Positions 21,377 through 31,268 of a stretch of 64,000 nucleotides of DNA are shown in pieces. The notes below the pieces were generated by a model that made no database searches, had not been told where the DNA came from, and saw only the letters and a program-made list of their open reading frames with translations. The translations under genes and the position numbers were made by a program. The stretch is from positions 64,001 to 128,000 of the forward strand of contig CAVSNY010000004.1 of NCBI GenBank assembly GCA_963729605.1, written 5' to 3'. This stretch comes from an uncultured Gammaproteobacteria bacterium. GTDB lineage: Bacteria > Pseudomonadota > Gammaproteobacteria > DRLM01. Each line of letters opens with the position of its first letter. Positions within the stretch are counted from its first letter, which is position 1.

Positions 21377-21504
21377 CTATTCTATAGGCTGTCGCCTTGA
21401 CAGCCCAGGGGGCGCTTGTTAGCTTCACGGAAAAATTTCATTGCACTACAGCCAAATTTCTCCGCGCAATAGGCCCATGACTTTCTCCGGATGGAAGACG
21501 TGAA

Positions 21505-22473
21505 GTGATGATCAAGCCGCGCTTTTACATGGGGGCCGTCGCCCTGTCGATCGTCCTTTCCGGTTGCGCCAGCGCGCCCATGCAGGAGATGAGCGATGCC
21601 CGCCAGGCCTTGCAGGCGGCGCGGGAGGCGGAGGCCGGCGCCTACGCGCCGACGCGCTACAGCGAGGCCGAGCAGCGCCTGTCGCGCGCTGAAAAGCGGT
21701 TGTCGTCCCGCGATTACAAGAGCGCCCGCGATAATGCCCTGACGGCGCGGCGCGAGGCCATCGCCTCGCGCAATATGGCACTGGCCATCAGCCAGGCCAA
21801 GGAGATATTGATCGAAGTCGATGCCGAAAAGGCCTTGTCGCAAGAGGCCCGCGATTGGGTGAGGCAGGCGGAAGCCGCCGCCGCCGCCGGCAACGAAGAA
21901 GAAACGGTGAACGCCGCCTTGCGCGCCAAGAAGCGGGCCTTGGAGGACTTGCGCCGCGCCCGCGAGATCCGGCGGCAGCAACAGCAAGAAAACCGTTCGT
22001 GGCTGGAACAGGCCAAACCGCTGCTGGACGAGGCGCGGCGCGATGAGCCGCGGATGGACGAGGATCAGCGGCGCGCCTTGGCCGAGGCCGCCGCGATTTA
22101 TGCGAACGGGCAGGGTAAAATCGCCTTCGAGCACCTGACCGGATTGTTGGCCGAATTGCGCGCCTTCCTGGCGGCCCCGCCGCCGTCGCCGCCCGCCAAG
22201 GAATACCGCGTCATGCGCGGCGATACCTTGTGGAGCATCGCGGCCAAGCCCGAGGTCTACGGCAACCCGCGCTGGTGGCCGCTCATCTACCGCGCCAATC
22301 GCGCGCGAATCGCCGATGTCGATGTCTTGCGGGCCGGCCAGGTGCTGATCATCGATACCCGGCCCAGCGAGGCGGCGATCGCCCATGCCGTGCAACATGC
22401 CATCCGGCGCGAACAATGGTCGATAGGCGTGGCGGAAAAAGAAGACCAGGCCTATTTGCGCGACGCGCCTTGA
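21505..22473 (+). CDS. Lipoprotein with DUF4398-like helical domain and C-terminal LysM domain
   Basis: Lipobox LSGC and APMQEMSDARQA.. N-terminus. LysM reads YRVMRGDTLWSIA..VYGNPRWWPLIYRAN. Confidence 0.85.
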   Translation: MMIKPRFYMGAVALSIVLSGCASAPMQEMSDARQALQAAREAEAGAYAPTRYSEAEQRLSRAEKRLSSRDYKSARDNALTARREAIASRNMALAISQAKEILIEVDAEKALSQEARDWVRQAEAAAAAGNEEETVNAALRAKKRALEDLRRAREIRRQQQQENRSWLEQAKPLLDEARRDEPRMDEDQRRALAEAAAIYANGQGKIAFEHLTGLLAELRAFLAAPPPSPPAKEYRVMRGDTLWSIAAKPEVYGNPRWWPLIYRANRARIADVDVLRAGQVLIIDTRPSEAAIAHAVQHAIRREQWSIGVAEKEDQAYLRDAP

Positions 22474-22835
22474 ATTCGGCATATCCGGCGGCATGTCGTT
22501 TGCCGCGGATTTTTCGCGCCGGCGCATGCCGGCGTTTTTTCGTGGCGAGTTTTCGCGCGGAGCGCCCTTGCCGATATCTATCCCAGGTTTGGAACACGCC
22601 CCGGCGCTGTTGTAAAAATCACTTTCTTTTTGTAAAAACCCGGCGTTGCGGTGTGGTGCAGACACACGCCGATCCGAACTCATCCCGGCGCGATCCTCGA
22701 TTTAAATGACGGTGATCGCTGAGGCGGCAGCGGCTTGATGCCGATCCGTCGTCGCATTGGCGGCGATCGGCACGCCGCCTGCATCGTCTATCGCGCGTTG
22801 CGTGAGATTCCAGATATTCATCGAAGGAGACGACC

Positions 22836-23024
22836 ATGCCGCGAGGAGACAAAAGCGCTTATACGGACAAGCAGAAAAGACAGGCCCGCCATATCGAACA
22901 GCAGTATGAAAATAAGGGTGTTTCGGAAAAGGAAGCCGAACGGCGAGCTTGGGCGACCGTGAATAAAGAACACGGCGGCGGCAAAAAATCAGGTAGCGGG
23001 CGACGCCGCGGTAAGGGTCACTGA
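22836..23024 (+). CDS. Small basic conserved protein (often labelled 'plasmid stabilization protein'; probably general-stress related)
   Basis: GAAGGAG RBS; MPRGDKSAYTDKQKRQARHIE..Y...EAERRAWATVNK..GGGKKSGSGR signature. Confidence 0.85.
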   Translation: MPRGDKSAYTDKQKRQARHIEQQYENKGVSEKEAERRAWATVNKEHGGGKKSGSGRRRGKGH

Positions 23025-23191
23025 GCCGCACGGTAATCAACCGAGCGGGTAAAAACACCGCTCGGCTGCGCCGAGAGGGGATGGATGCGAACGGCCGGAA
23101 AATAGTCGGCGTTCCGTCTGATTCATGTTTCGTATTTTCATATATTGAATTGTCATTGCCGTAGCGTCTCGGTTACGGCGGGAGGCCGGCC

Positions 23192-23650
23192 TTGGATAAA
23201 CTGGGCATCGAGTGGAGTTGGGAGTCCCTTTATCTCACCGAGTTACTCATGGCCTATGTGTTGACCCTGCCCATTGCCTGGGACAGGGAGCAGACGACGC
23301 GCAGCGCGGGCCTGCGCACCTTTCCCCTGGTGGCGATCGCCAGTTGCAGTTATTTGCTGATAGCGCGCGATGTATTCGAGCCAGAGGGCCTGGCGCGCGC
23401 GTATTACGGCCTCATCACCGGCATCGGTTTTATCGGCGGCGGCGCCATCTTGAAAAACGGCGGCAGCGTCAAAGGCACCGCGACCGCCGCCAGCATCTGG
23501 AGCACCGGCGCGCTGGGGGCGGCGGTGGCCTTGCATCATTACGGAATAGCCGTGGTGCTGTCGCTGATGGTGTTTTTCACCCTGCGTTATGCGAACACCT
23601 TCAAAAAAATCATCAAGAAGGAAAACTGCGATGCGGAAAACAAGGACTAA
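23192..23650 (+). CDS. MgtC/SapB family membrane protein
   Basis: WDRE..RSAGLRTFPLV, GLITGIGFIGGGAILK and GTATAASIW motifs. Confidence 0.9.
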   Translation: MDKLGIEWSWESLYLTELLMAYVLTLPIAWDREQTTRSAGLRTFPLVAIASCSYLLIARDVFEPEGLARAYYGLITGIGFIGGGAILKNGGSVKGTATAASIWSTGALGAAVALHHYGIAVVLSLMVFFTLRYANTFKKIIKKENCDAENKD

Positions 23651-23748
23651 CGCATGTTCGCGCGCCGCAATCCCTATTGCCTGTTGAGTCGGCGCCGCAT
23701 TTCATTCGTCATTGGCGTCGGCGTCACGTCGATGCCTGGCATGCGATT

Positions 23749-24546
23749 TCAAAGACGTTCATTAAATGACAGGATGAAATTCCGGATGCGCTTGGCGTTG
23801 GCGCCGGCGTCGCTGCCGCCGACCCGGGAGACCGAACGCAAGTCGATACGCGTCATTTGCCCGTGGGACGCGACGCGTATCACCACGTCGTCCTTGAAAC
23901 CGAACCACAGGGTGGTATCCGTCGCTTCGATGCGGCCTGTCTCCGGTTCGCTGGCCACGACTTCCCAACCCAAATCACGCACTACTTCCAACGCGAGAGT
24001 GAAGGCGTGTTGCGCATCGATGGCGACATCGATGGGCTGGATATCGGGATAGCCCTGTTGTTGCAGCGCGGCGATGGCCGGTCCTGCGTAGTCGGTTGAA
24101 TTGGATTGATCGCCGCGCAAGGGCAAGACCGCGGAGAAGGACGGCGGGTCGAGCGGGTCGGTGGTGATGTCGTGGATGGGCGGCAGGGCGCGGATCTGTT
24201 GCAAGGCCTGCCAAGGTATCCACACCACCGCCGCGCCGATCGCCAATCCACTCAGGGCGGCGGTGAACCCGCGCCGCGGTCCGGCGGGACGCGCCAGGAC
24301 CGCGCCGAGCGCGGATACCGCGCAGGCCGCGAGTCCCGCGAAGAACGCCCACTTCAACACGGTGAAGCCCGTGCCGAAATCCCACCAGCCCCAACGATGG
24401 CCCAAACCGGAACTCAAGGCGGCCGCGGCCGCCAGCAAGGCCAACGCCAATCCGAGCCAGGCGACGCGGGAACGGGGTGGCCCTCGGAAAGCGGGGGGAT
24501 GAGAATTCCCCGAAAAACTATTTAAAAATTTCTTTTTAACGTCCAT
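23749..24546 (-). CDS. DUF1499 domain membrane protein
   Basis: Three TM helices, then PPIHDITTD, YPDIQP, TLWFGFKDDVVIRV and RSVSRVGGSDAGANAKRI. Confidence 0.9.
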   Translation of the reverse strand: MDVKKKFLNSFSGNSHPPAFRGPPRSRVAWLGLALALLAAAAALSSGLGHRWGWWDFGTGFTVLKWAFFAGLAACAVSALGAVLARPAGPRRGFTAALSGLAIGAAVVWIPWQALQQIRALPPIHDITTDPLDPPSFSAVLPLRGDQSNSTDYAGPAIAALQQQGYPDIQPIDVAIDAQHAFTLALEVVRDLGWEVVASEPETGRIEATDTTLWFGFKDDVVIRVASHGQMTRIDLRSVSRVGGSDAGANAKRIRNFILSFNERL

Positions 24547-25327
24547 GAATTAATTTTTTAGCGATGCATGACAGGGCGGAACCGGGGTAGCAAACACGCA
24601 AGGTATCGAAGATCCGGCATCTCCTTCGATGCTGAGCTGACTTGTAAGTTCGTGCGCAAAAAAGAGGAGTCTTTCATAAAAAAACCTTAAAGAACTTCGC
24701 AATGCCCCTGCTCAGGATGGCCATCGATTTTCAGCCCCTGCCCATGCGCGGCGGCAACACGTGAAAGATGACGTGAATCCCCCGGAACCGCAAGCCCCGT
24801 CGGCTCGCGCTGACGCTGCCTTGTATGCGGTGATCGGAAAAGGACGGAAGTTCGCGGCGCGGAAACCGGCATCCATTGGGCGAGCTTGGCGAGCTTGACC
24901 AGATGATCGAATCCCGCGGCGCACGTACGCTGCTTGTCCTCGTCCTGAAACCTGAATGTGCGACCGGCACCGTGTTGCTGCTCACTCCTTAAGTTGAATC
25001 GGTTTCGCCGGAACGTCGAATGTACATCACGTTAGGGCAAACTGTAATTTTTACATTGGCCGCCCAAACTTTCCCTGATTTTCCTGATGGAAAAGAGTTT
25101 CGGTATTGCATTTTTAAACCGTTTGTTGCGCATGCAGGTTGCTTAAAAATAGGCAGTTATCAATTGGCCGGACGTTTCGGGAGATGAATTCCTCGAATGG
25201 GCGTGCATCTTGCTTGACCTATCACGTGATCATCAAAACGCGCACGAACGTAAAACAAGCGGGGTCTTCGCGCAACCCTTAACGTGTAGAGCGTATGACA
25301 AAACACTAAACACTAAAGGAGTGAAGT

Positions 25328-25708
25328 ATGAAACGTTTCAGAGAAAAATTAGCGGTTCAAGAAAATATGGGCATCATCGATCGGAGTTTGCGTCTATTTT
25401 TTGGGCTTTTGTTACTGGTGCCTATCCTGGTCTTAACCCAGAAGGTGGAGCCTCCCACTTGGGAATGGTTCACTACCCTGGTTTCCCTTTATTTGTTTTT
25501 CACCGCCATGCTGGGTTGGGATCCGGCCTATGCCGCGCTGAATCGCAAGACCTGTGGCACATCGGACAAGAACCGTTGCGGCAGTATGGAGTATGAGGTC
25601 AAGGCGGCGGCGGGGGAGAATCCCAGCCACGACAAAGGTTATCAAACCAAGGCCCTCAAAGAGGGCGAGAAAACCAAGGAAACCAATTCTCCCGGCTATA
25701 CGATATAA
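25328..25708 (+). CDS. DUF2892 (YgaP-like) small membrane protein
   Basis: AAGGAG RBS; ENMGIIDRSLR, two TM helices and GWDPAYAAL...TC. Confidence 0.8.
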   Translation: MKRFREKLAVQENMGIIDRSLRLFFGLLLLVPILVLTQKVEPPTWEWFTTLVSLYLFFTAMLGWDPAYAALNRKTCGTSDKNRCGSMEYEVKAAAGENPSHDKGYQTKALKEGEKTKETNSPGYTI

Positions 25709-25894
25709 ATATCCGGCGGGTATTGGTGGTAAAGCGGACACGGCGTGACCGTGTCCGCTACTTTTGGCTCCTCTATTAAGTAAACGTTTTTAACGTCGAA
25801 GTTTGCAGCGAAGAGTTTAACGAAAATAAATTTGCCTATCGGTTACCGGCGCGTTACGCTCCGTACACGTATCTAACAAGAGTCTTAACTATAT

Positions 25895-26260
25895 ATGGAC
25901 TCTCCGACCAGCCTGGGCATCGTTGAAACCTATTTAAACGCGATCGCGCAACGCGATTACGAACTGGCCCGTTCTTACCTCGCCGATGAAGGGTTCGAAT
26001 ATTTATCGCCGATTAACGGTTTTTCATCCGCCGAGAAATTCCTGGCTTATATGGAATTGGCCATGCCGATCATGCAACGTTTCGAACTGCGCAAGGCGTT
26101 TTGTGACGGTGATGAATGTTGCCATATTTTATCCGTTACTTCGCAGATATCGGAAAAGCGCACGGCGACGGTGGTGCAATGGAGCCGGCTGAAAGACGGT
26201 AAAATCCAACGTCTGGAATTGATTTTCGACGCCTACGAATACAAGATGCTCCTCCAGTGA
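25895..26260 (+). CDS. SnoaL/NTF2-like fold protein
   Basis: IVETYLNA..RDY..AR.YLAD..F...SP and KDGKIQRLELIFD; typical size of about 120 aa. Confidence 0.75.
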   Translation: MDSPTSLGIVETYLNAIAQRDYELARSYLADEGFEYLSPINGFSSAEKFLAYMELAMPIMQRFELRKAFCDGDECCHILSVTSQISEKRTATVVQWSRLKDGKIQRLELIFDAYEYKMLLQ

Positions 26261-26299
26261 CGGGAGGCGATGGGGTGGCCGCGCCGGGCCCCCGCCCGG

Positions 26300-26821
26300 T
26301 CACCATGTGAAGGGATCGCTGCCGGCCGATTGCACTTGTTGCTTGTGCTGTACCCAATATTTGCGCAAGGCATCGCCGAAAATATCCTGTTCGTGGTTGA
26401 GTATCGATCGATACAGCGGATGGCGGATTTTTGCCAGGATATAATTTTCCCAGTCGGACAACTCGATCAACAAAGCGTATCCGAACAGCGAGGCCAGCCC
26501 GGTGTGGCGGGAGGAGAGCGAAAGCACTTCGTCGAAGGTGTTGAGTTGCATATAGACCAGGGTTTTGGCCTTGTAAAACAGGTCTTCTTCCAAGCGGTCC
26601 TGCTTACGGAAGTAATCCTCGGGATGGTGTGCGGTTTGCGATAAATAGCGCTGGATGTCCGGGTTGTTGATGACGAGCTGATCTATCGTGATCAAACGAT
26701 TGACGGACGTGTCGGTGCGCGATATGGATTGCGCCACGCGGTCTCTGAACAATTGCACCAGCACCCAGACGGCGCCGGTGACGCCGGCGACCACGGTCCA
26801 ATAGAAAGTAACGGATTCCAT
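26300..26821 (-). CDS. Hypothetical protein with N-terminal membrane anchor
   Basis: AAGGAGG RBS before MESVTFYW; one TM helix followed by a helical soluble domain; lower GC. Confidence 0.65.
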   Translation of the reverse strand: MESVTFYWTVVAGVTGAVWVLVQLFRDRVAQSISRTDTSVNRLITIDQLVINNPDIQRYLSQTAHHPEDYFRKQDRLEEDLFYKAKTLVYMQLNTFDEVLSLSSRHTGLASLFGYALLIELSDWENYILAKIRHPLYRSILNHEQDIFGDALRKYWVQHKQQVQSAGSDPFTW

Positions 26822-26946
26822 TTCATCTGCCTCCTTGAGTTTTGCCGCTGACCGGGCCGGCGTAACTTGGCCGATTCGCGCCGTCCGGCTTTTGTATAAA
26901 TCCAATTTATATATAAATACGATAACGCGTCGCTACGCGACGGTTT

Positions 26947-26982
26947 GGCGGATTACGCCGTTGCACGGCTAACCCGACCTAC
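26947..26982 (-). repeat. GTAG-type REP-like element
   Basis: Minus strand GTAGGTCGGGTTAGCCGTGCAACGGCGTAATCCGCC: a GTAG head plus an imperfect palindrome, downstream of aspA. Confidence 0.6.
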
Positions 26983-27040
26983 CTTTATTCACGCCCACAT
27001 AGATTCACATCGTGAGTTACGCGTGAATACAGCCTCCGTA

Positions 27041-28432
27041 TCAAATCACCCCATCTCTCGCCGCCTTCAATACCAACTCGTCGAATGCGTCGGCTGCCAT
27101 CAGTCCGCGCGCGGCGACGATGTCGCGCACCGGTTTTCCGCTCTTCTCCGATTCCTTCGCCACTTCCGCGGCGGCGGCGTAGCCGATCTGGCCGTTGAGC
27201 AGGGTGGCGAGGCCGCAGCTGATGTGGAGGAATTCCTTGCAACGTTCGCGATCGACCTTGAGTCCTTGAAGATTGAATTCGGTGGCGGCGTTGAGGCCGT
27301 TGGTCAGCCAGTCCATGGCGTCGAACAGCGCGGAACCCATCGCCGGCATCATCACGTTCAATTCCAGCTGGCCGGCCTGGGTCATGTAGGCGACGGCGGC
27401 GTCCTGGCCCAGCACTTGGAAACACACTTGGTTGAGCATCTCGAACATCACCGGGTTGACCTTGCCGGGCATGATGCTGGAACCGGGTTGCACCGGCGGC
27501 AATAGGATTTCGCCGAGGCCGGTGCGCGGGCCGGAGGCGAGCAGGCGCATGTCGTTGCCGATGCGCGTCACTTCCAGGGCGAGGTCGCGGATGGCGGAGG
27601 AGAGGCGCTGGATGTCGGCGGTGGACTGCATCTGCGCGGCGAGGTCGGCGGCGGGGCGGATGGGTTCGCCGGTCAGCCACGCCAGCTCGACGGCGGCGTT
27701 CACCGGGTAATTCGGCGAGGTGTTGAGGCCGGTGCCGGCCGCGCTGCCGCCGAGGCCGATCTCGCATAAGGCGCCGCGGGTCTCTTCCAAGCGTTGCGCG
27801 CAGCGGCGCAGGGTCCAGGCATAGGCGCTGAATTCACGGCCGAGGGTGGTGGGCACCGCGTCCTGCAAATGGGTGCGGCCGCTTTTTACCGTATCGACTT
27901 CCTCGGCGCCGATGCGCGCGTATTCGTCGGCCATGCGCTTGACGGCCGCGATCAGTCTCGGCAGCTTGGCCAGCGCGGCGAGGCGGATGGCGGTGGGGAT
28001 GGTGTCGTTGGTGCTCTGGCCCATGTTGACGTGGTCGTTGGGATGCACCGGCCGGTAGACGCCTTTCTCGCCGCCCAAGGCCACGTTGGCGAGATTGGCG
28101 ATGACCTCGTTGCTGTTCATATTGTGCGAGGTGCCGGCGCCGGCCTGAAAACGGTCGACCACGAATTGATCGAGATATTCGCCGCCGAGAATTTTGTCGC
28201 AGGCCGCGACGATGGCGTCGCAGAGTTTATCGTCGAGCCAGGCGGCTTCACGATTGGCCACCGCCGCCGCGCGTTTGATACGCACGTGGGCCAGGACGAA
28301 ATCACGGTCCGGCCCGCGGCCGCTGATGGGAAAGTTGATCACCGCGCGCGCGGTTTGTATGCCGTACCAGGCGTCGGCCGGTACCTGGAATTGGCCGAGG
28401 CTGTCTTTTTCGATGCGGTATTGAGCGGTCAT
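27041..28432 (-). CDS. aspA: Aspartate ammonia-lyase (fumarase/aspartase superfamily)
   Basis: YRIEKDSLG, YGIQTARA, QAGAGTSHNMNSNEV, HPNDHVNMGQSTND, GSSIMPGKVNP and AGQLELNVMMP motifs. Confidence 0.8.
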   Translation of the reverse strand: MTAQYRIEKDSLGQFQVPADAWYGIQTARAVINFPISGRGPDRDFVLAHVRIKRAAAVANREAAWLDDKLCDAIVAACDKILGGEYLDQFVVDRFQAGAGTSHNMNSNEVIANLANVALGGEKGVYRPVHPNDHVNMGQSTNDTIPTAIRLAALAKLPRLIAAVKRMADEYARIGAEEVDTVKSGRTHLQDAVPTTLGREFSAYAWTLRRCAQRLEETRGALCEIGLGGSAAGTGLNTSPNYPVNAAVELAWLTGEPIRPAADLAAQMQSTADIQRLSSAIRDLALEVTRIGNDMRLLASGPRTGLGEILLPPVQPGSSIMPGKVNPVMFEMLNQVCFQVLGQDAAVAYMTQAGQLELNVMMPAMGSALFDAMDWLTNGLNAATEFNLQGLKVDRERCKEFLHISCGLATLLNGQIGYAAAAEVAKESEKSGKPVRDIVAARGLMAADAFDELVLKAARDGVI

Positions 28433-28915
28433 GGCGGGGACTCTCCGATGGGGTTGCTGCCGTAACGCAAAACGGCGTTCCTTCACGGGGCGGCCGCCAG
28501 CTTGGATTGCCGCGTATTGTAACCGAATCGCCGCGGGGTTTCGGCATGCGTGTGTGATGCGCGGGTACGCGAGCATTCGGTTTTGGTCCGCCCATGGTTT
28601 GCGTGTATGGCGGACGAGGGTGGAGAAGGCCGGAATCGCCGTGCCGCTGCTGCATGATTGAAAGCGTATCCCCTCATTTTTCTTCTTTCCCGGGCCCTGC
28701 GGGTCCTCCCTCTCCCACGGACGGGAAAGGGGAACCGAGGGGCCTATGGCCGCGGGTTCCTGTCTCTCTCCACTGCTTTGGCATGCCCACCACCGGATAA
28801 TTTTCCGAGAGCGGGATGGCGGTAATTTCGCACACCGGCCGAGGCACAACTTCACAGATTCCCCCGATCCGCGCTGGCAAAGTGAGCACACCCAACAAGG
28901 AACGCGAGAATCACC

Positions 28916-31236
28916 ATGAAACTGATGTTATGGATAGTCAACCACCCCCGGCGGGTCATCGCCGCCACCTTGATCCTGGTGATCGTGGCGGCCGCGGGTC
29001 TGGCCCGGCTGCAACAGACCGCCGACTACCGAATCTACTTCAATAAGGACGACCCGCAGCTGCTGGCGGCGGAGGCCTTGCAAGACACCTACACGCGCAG
29101 CGACAACGTGCTGCTGGTGGTGGCCCCCAAAGAGGGTCAGGTGTTCACCCGCGCCACCCTGGGCGCGCTGCGGCAACTCACCGCCGAAGCCTGGCAACTG
29201 CCTTACGCGCAGCGGGTGGATTCGATCACTAATTATCAGCATTCCTACGCGGAGGGAGACACCCTGGTGGTGGCCGACCTGGTGCCCGACCCCGCCGCGC
29301 TGAGCGATGCCGACCTGCGGAACGTGCGCGACATCGCCGTCAATGAACCGGCCCTGCTCAGGCGGCTGATATCCGCCGACGGCGCGGTGACCGGCGTCAA
29401 CGTCACCGTGAATTTACCCAACCTCAATCCCGATCAGGAGACCCGCGACGTGGCGTTGGCCGCGCGGCAATTGGCGGAAAAAATCGGCGCGGCTATCCCG
29501 CGCTCGACATTCACCTCACCGGCATCGTGATGATGAACAACGCCTTCCCCGAGGCATCGGAGCGGGACATGGGGGTATTGATTCCGCTGATGTTCGCCCT
29601 GGTCATCGCCGGCCTGTGGCTGTTCCTGCGTTCCGGCACCGCCACCTTCGCCACCGTGGCGGTATTGTTGATGTCCATCCTCACCGCCATGGGCGTGGCG
29701 GGCTGGTTGGGCATTAAACTGTCACCGGCCTCCGCCTCGGCGCCCATCATCATTCTCACCGTGGCGGTGGCGGACTGTGTCCACATCCTGGTGAGTTTTC
29801 TGCACCTGATGCGCAACGAGGGCAAGGAAAAAATCGCCGCCCTCGGCGAGGCGTTTCGCATCAATATGCAGCCGGTGTTCCTCACCTCGCTCACCACCGC
29901 GGTGGGTTTCCTCAGCATGAATTTCAGCGATTCCCCGCCGTTCCGCGATCTGGGCAACGTGGTGAGTATCGGCGTGCTGGCGGCGTGGCTGTTGTCGCTC
30001 ACCTTCCTGCCGGCGCTGATGACCTTATTGCCGGTCAAGGCGTCGAAGGCCGCCGCTTATGACGGCGGTGCTTTGGCGGCCCGCTTCGGCGACGGTGTGG
30101 TGCGGCGGCGCGGCGGCTTGCTGTGGGGTTCGCTGGCGGTGTCGTTGGTGCTGCTCGCCTTCGTGCCGCGCAACGAACTCAACGATGATTTCGTGAAGTA
30201 CTTCGACAAGAGCATCGCGGTGCGCCAGGCCACCGATTTCGCCACCGAGCATCTCACCGGCGTGTCGCTCATCGAATATTCCCTGCCGGCCGGCACGGCC
30301 GGCGCGGTGGCGGATCCCGCCTATCTGCGCGCCCTGCACGATTTCGCCGATTGGTATCGCGCCCAGCCGGAGGTGCAACACGTCAACGTGGTCACCGACG
30401 TGATGAAGCGGCTCAACAAAAACATGCACGGCGATGATCAAGCCTTCTATCGCTTGCCCGAGAGCCGCGAACTGGCCGCGCAATATTTGCTGCTCTATGA
30501 GCTGTCGCTGCCTTATGGCTTGGACCTCAATAACCAGGTCAATGTCGACAAGTCCGCTTCGCGCATGACGGTGCTGTTGAAGGTGCTCAGCAACAATGAA
30601 CTCTTGGCCCTGGAACAACGGGCCCGCGACTGGCAGCGCGTCCATCTGCCCGCGACGATGCAGGCGGCGGGGGTGGGCTGGTCCATCATGTTCGGCCACA
30701 TCGCCGAGCGCAATATCGCCAGCATGCTCAAGGGCACCGCCTTCGGCGCGCTGCTGATCAGCCTCACCCTGGTGATCGCGCTGCGCTCCTTCAAATGGGG
30801 ATTATTCAGCATGCTGCCCAATATGCTGCCCGCGCTGCTGGCCTTCGGCCTGTGGGGGCTGCTGGTGGGCCGCATCGGCCTGGCCGCCTCGGTGATCACC
30901 GCGATGACCCTCGGCATCGTGGTGGACGACACCATCCACTTCATCAGCAAATATCTGCGTGCCCGCCGCGAGCGCGGCCTCACCCCGGAAGACGCGGTGC
31001 GCTACGCCTTCAACACCGTGGGTTACGCCATGCTGGTGACTTCGGTGGTGTTGTGCGCGGGCTTCGCGGTGCTGGCCTTCTCCACCTTCCAGGTCAATTC
31101 GGTGATCGGCGTGTTGTCGGCGATCACCGTGATGCTGGCCTTGGCGCTGGACTTCCTGCTGTTGCCTCCGCTGCTGATGAAACTGGACGAGAAACGCCGC
31201 GTCGTGCCCAAGGCCGCGGTGATCTCCGGCCTCTAA
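28916..31236 (+). CDS. MMPL/RND-superfamily exporter (apparent -1 frameshift near 29492)
   Basis: ORFs 28916..29530 and 29527..31236 join if one base is added in GGCGCG-GC-TATCCC, giving ...YPALDIHLTGIVMMNNAF. Duplicated TM4 motifs TVAVADCVH and GIVVDDTIHF. Confidence 0.88.
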
Positions 31237-31268
31237 TTGCAATCGCCTCGCTTAAAGGACTCGATACC

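Noticed and set aside
27041-28432. Fumarase FumC instead of AspA
   Set aside because: QAGAGTS, STND and GQLELNV fit aspartase-type enzymes better than FumC (QTGSGT, SSND, GNFELN). Some uncertainty remains.
30795-31268. N-terminal 158-aa extension of the FAAL
   Set aside because: It overlaps the MMPL gene out of frame. An RBS-like AAGGA precedes ATG 31269.
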